64,000 nt of DNA. Origin: a virus (taxonomy: Duplodnaviria > Caudoviricetes). The notes under the pieces were generated by a model. That model searched no databases, had not been told where the DNA came from, and was given only the letters and a program-made list of their open reading frames with translations. Within the stretch, counting starts at the first letter, position 1; each line of letters opens with the position of its first letter. This document shows, piece by piece, positions 61,641-64,000 of the stretch. The stretch is taken from positions 1 to 64,000 of the IMG/VR virus record IMGVR_UViG_3300006145_000004; one strand, 5' to 3'. Position numbers and translations under genes: made by a program.

Positions 61641-61953
61641 GGAGAGGAAAAAAATGGCAAAAATAAAAATAAGTAAAAATGAATTTAAGGATTATTCCCA
61701 AGCTATTGGTAATTATTACGAAGCTCCGAAAAACATTGACTTTTCACGAATTGAAAAAGAATTGTATGCTATTAGGGTTATTTTAGATAAAGGAACTCAA
61801 GAATATATGATGGTTAAAGAATTAGAACAAAATAGCAAACTACATAATTGGGACGCCATTTGCTCTACCATCAAGGAATTTTCACTTCAATTTTCGAGTG
61901 CAACTTTAGCTAATTTGGTAGGTAACTACTTGAGTACGCTATTAAGATTATGA
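61633..61953 (+). CDS. Hypothetical protein
   Basis: coupled to upstream gene; AGGAGAGG RBS. Confidence 0.55.
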   Translation: MNKERKKMAKIKISKNEFKDYSQAIGNYYEAPKNIDFSRIEKELYAIRVILDKGTQEYMMVKELEQNSKLHNWDAICSTIKEFSLQFSSATLANLVGNYLSTLLRL

Positions 61954-62261
61954 TTTTATTCAAAGATATAGCCTTTTCTTTGGAACTCAATGTTAAATTT
62001 CGGCAGGTGGTTTATAAATAGTGGAAATTTTTAGCTAGAACTTACTATTTGTACTTATTTTTATAGAATATATAATTAATTGGGATACCTTTAAATCCTG
62101 ACATTATTTATATGAATTTATTAATTCCACCTGCCTAAAGTGATGAAAATAGATTAGAAGATAATAATATAAAATTAAAAATATTATCTTCCTACGATAA
62201 TTTGAGATATTATTTTTTAATTTGTAATATTTTAAAATCGATTTTTATTTATACTTTTGAA

Positions 62262-64000
62262 TTAGTGATATCTAAATTCTCTATCAATTTTAGTCAATGT
62301 TTTATTAACTACTTTCTGGGAAACTCCTTCAATTTGTTTTAAAAAGTGGTTTGTATCATTGATATCACCATTAACAGTGATAAGACTATCATAATGCATT
62401 GTCAAATTAGGTCTATCATTTCTCATCAGCTTTGATATATTGATTTCTGGACTTAAGTTTGGAATCATCCATTTATTCATATCATGTAAATCTTCCAACA
62501 CTGGTGCAAAATCCTTTAAGGCTTGTACCTGTTCTGGTGTTAGAACTCCTTCATTTGACTTTAATGCTACTATTTTATCCTCACCAATAGCCTCTGCTAA
62601 TTTATCTAAAGGAGAATGATTATCTTTTGTAATAATACCTCCTCTTGCATATCCTTTAAGTTTATATTTCGATCCGTATTTATCTACTAGATTTTTAGCT
62701 TGATTTTTAGTAATTTCCGCAGGTGTATTTTTTACAGTTGTTTTTGTAGTAGTTGTAACAGTTTTTGGGACAGGTAATGTAGGGGTTGAGCCTGGTGTGA
62801 TAGGTCTTAGATAGTTGTTACTATTGGTGTCAATCTGTCCAAACGGAGTATTTCCATCTTTATCAATTAATGAATCTGGAATATAAAGTTTTTGAAGAGC
62901 ATTATCAGGTGTTTTATATAGTGTAAATTGGGGGCCATTTGAAGTGTTGGAAGGCACAGTTGATACTTCTTTTACTGTAGTCCCAGATATTTTCTGACCA
63001 TCAGATATGCCAGCACTATTAGAATTTTCTATACTACTACTATGAGTAGATTGAATACTACTCACATTATTTAGATTTTCTAGTGCTTCTATAGCTTCAT
63101 TTACTGCTTCTGTTACAGTATTAGTACCTGATACAATTTCCTCTAATGCACCTGTAATAGTGCTGATATTATAACCTCTTTCCAAAGTATTAATAAGACT
63201 GTCTTGTAGTGTATTTGTCATTGTATTGACATTATCTAAACTATTATAAGAAGATAATAATTCATTGATAAGATTATCTGCATTAGTATTAAACATATCT
63301 ACTAATACATTCTGTAAGCCATAAGATTCTTGAATTAAATCATTTTCAGCATTATAGGCATTATTTAGTTCATGGATAAGCTGATCTGCTTGGACTCCAA
63401 ACATACTTGATAAAGTCTCCTGAACACGATAGGATTGTAAGATTAATTCATTTTCTTTGATAAATGTACCATCTAATTCATTAATAAGTCGGTCTGCTTG
63501 GGTTGCGAACATAGTTGCTAAAGCTTGAGAACTTTCATTAGCTTGGGTCTGGAGGGCATAGATACCACCTTCTATATAGGATAGTTGTTCTACAAATCCA
63601 GAGGAATTTGTTGTTAATGTTTGTCCATAAGTAGCAATAGCATTTTCTCCTGTTTTCCAGGCAGTAATTAGTGTGTCAGATATAGTAATTCCATGTTCTT
63701 TAGCAATCTCAGTAATTTCATTTGCAATAACTTCTGTATTTGCTTTTATATTTTGAAATGACTGATTGATTATATTTTCTCTATTTTCAAGAGAAGCTTT
63801 TAATGCTTCAATCTCTTCATTTTTAGAAGCTTCATAATCTTCATACTGTTGATTTAGTGCGTCTTTTTGAGATTGAATAGAATGTTCATATTCTGCTTCT
63901 TCTAATGTTTTTTTTGCTTCTGCAAGTTGTTCTTCTAGCTTTTTCTTCTTCGCAACTGTAGCTGCGGAGTTATCATTCTGCATGGCGGCAATCTGGTGTT
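62262..64000 (-). CDS. Tail tape measure protein, C-terminal part (truncated by window)
   Basis: long helical repeats; GYARGG, EGVLTPEQ, YDSLITVNG. Confidence 0.7.
   Translation of the reverse strand, partial: HQIAAMQNDNSAATVAKKKKLEEQLAEAKKTLEEAEYEHSIQSQKDALNQQYEDYEASKNEEIEALKASLENRENIINQSFQNIKANTEVIANEITEIAKEHGITISDTLITAWKTGENAIATYGQTLTTNSSGFVEQLSYIEGGIYALQTQANESSQALATMFATQADRLINELDGTFIKENELILQSYRVQETLSSMFGVQADQLIHELNNAYNAENDLIQESYGLQNVLVDMFNTNADNLINELLSSYNSLDNVNTMTNTLQDSLINTLERGYNISTITGALEEIVSGTNTVTEAVNEAIEALENLNNVSSIQSTHSSSIENSNSAGISDGQKISGTTVKEVSTVPSNTSNGPQFTLYKTPDNALQKLYIPDSLIDKDGNTPFGQIDTNSNNYLRPITPGSTPTLPVPKTVTTTTKTTVKNTPAEITKNQAKNLVDKYGSKYKLKGYARGGIITKDNHSPLDKLAEAIGEDKIVALKSNEGVLTPEQVQALKDFAPVLEDLHDMNKWMIPNLSPEINISKLMRNDRPNLTMHYDSLITVNGDINDTNHFLKQIEGVSQKVVNKTLTKIDREFRYH

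Noticed and set aside
62002-62135. MITE bounded by GGCAGGTGG/CCACCTGCC
   Set aside because: Only a 9-bp IR, single copy, no clear target duplication.
1-64000. Genome-wide stop-codon reassignment (e.g. TAG=Gln)
   Set aside because: Many intact genes end at TAG or TAA at expected lengths, and long ORFs are complete in code 11.

Overview
AT-rich segment of a large temperate SPbeta-like phage of a Firmicutes (probably Clostridia) host. Left to right: regulatory genes (several XRE/Cro HTH proteins, a cI/cro switch, PemK, antirepressors, a sigma-DUF262 fusion); an accessory block (XerD-like recombinase, RNA ligase, ABC/PspA/OmpA-domain operon, several DNA methyltransferases, a radical SAM enzyme); the replication module (AAA ATPase, DnaB-like helicase, primase, RecJ, family B polymerase, intein-containing RecD2); nucleotide metabolism (ligase, thyX, gmk, nrdDG, dut); a tyrosine integrase beside an attP-like site; a type I RM remnant; tail-fibre inversion cassettes; and the 3' end of a probable tape-measure gene. 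Several genes carry nonsense or frameshift lesions. The most striking unexplained signal is a recurring ~55-nt leader found only in front of SAM-dependent enzyme genes (6 clear copies plus 1 degenerate). It has a displaced Shine-Dalgarno, two palindromic hexamers 7-8 nt apart whose sequences change between copies but stay palindromic, and a closing stem. Other candidates: an SOS-boxed tRNA-like RNA with a broken anticodon arm, a solitary CRISPR-like repeat, a structured leader before the putative SSB, and a PolB with a DnaE-like tail. All assignments come from reading motifs by eye; no searches were run.
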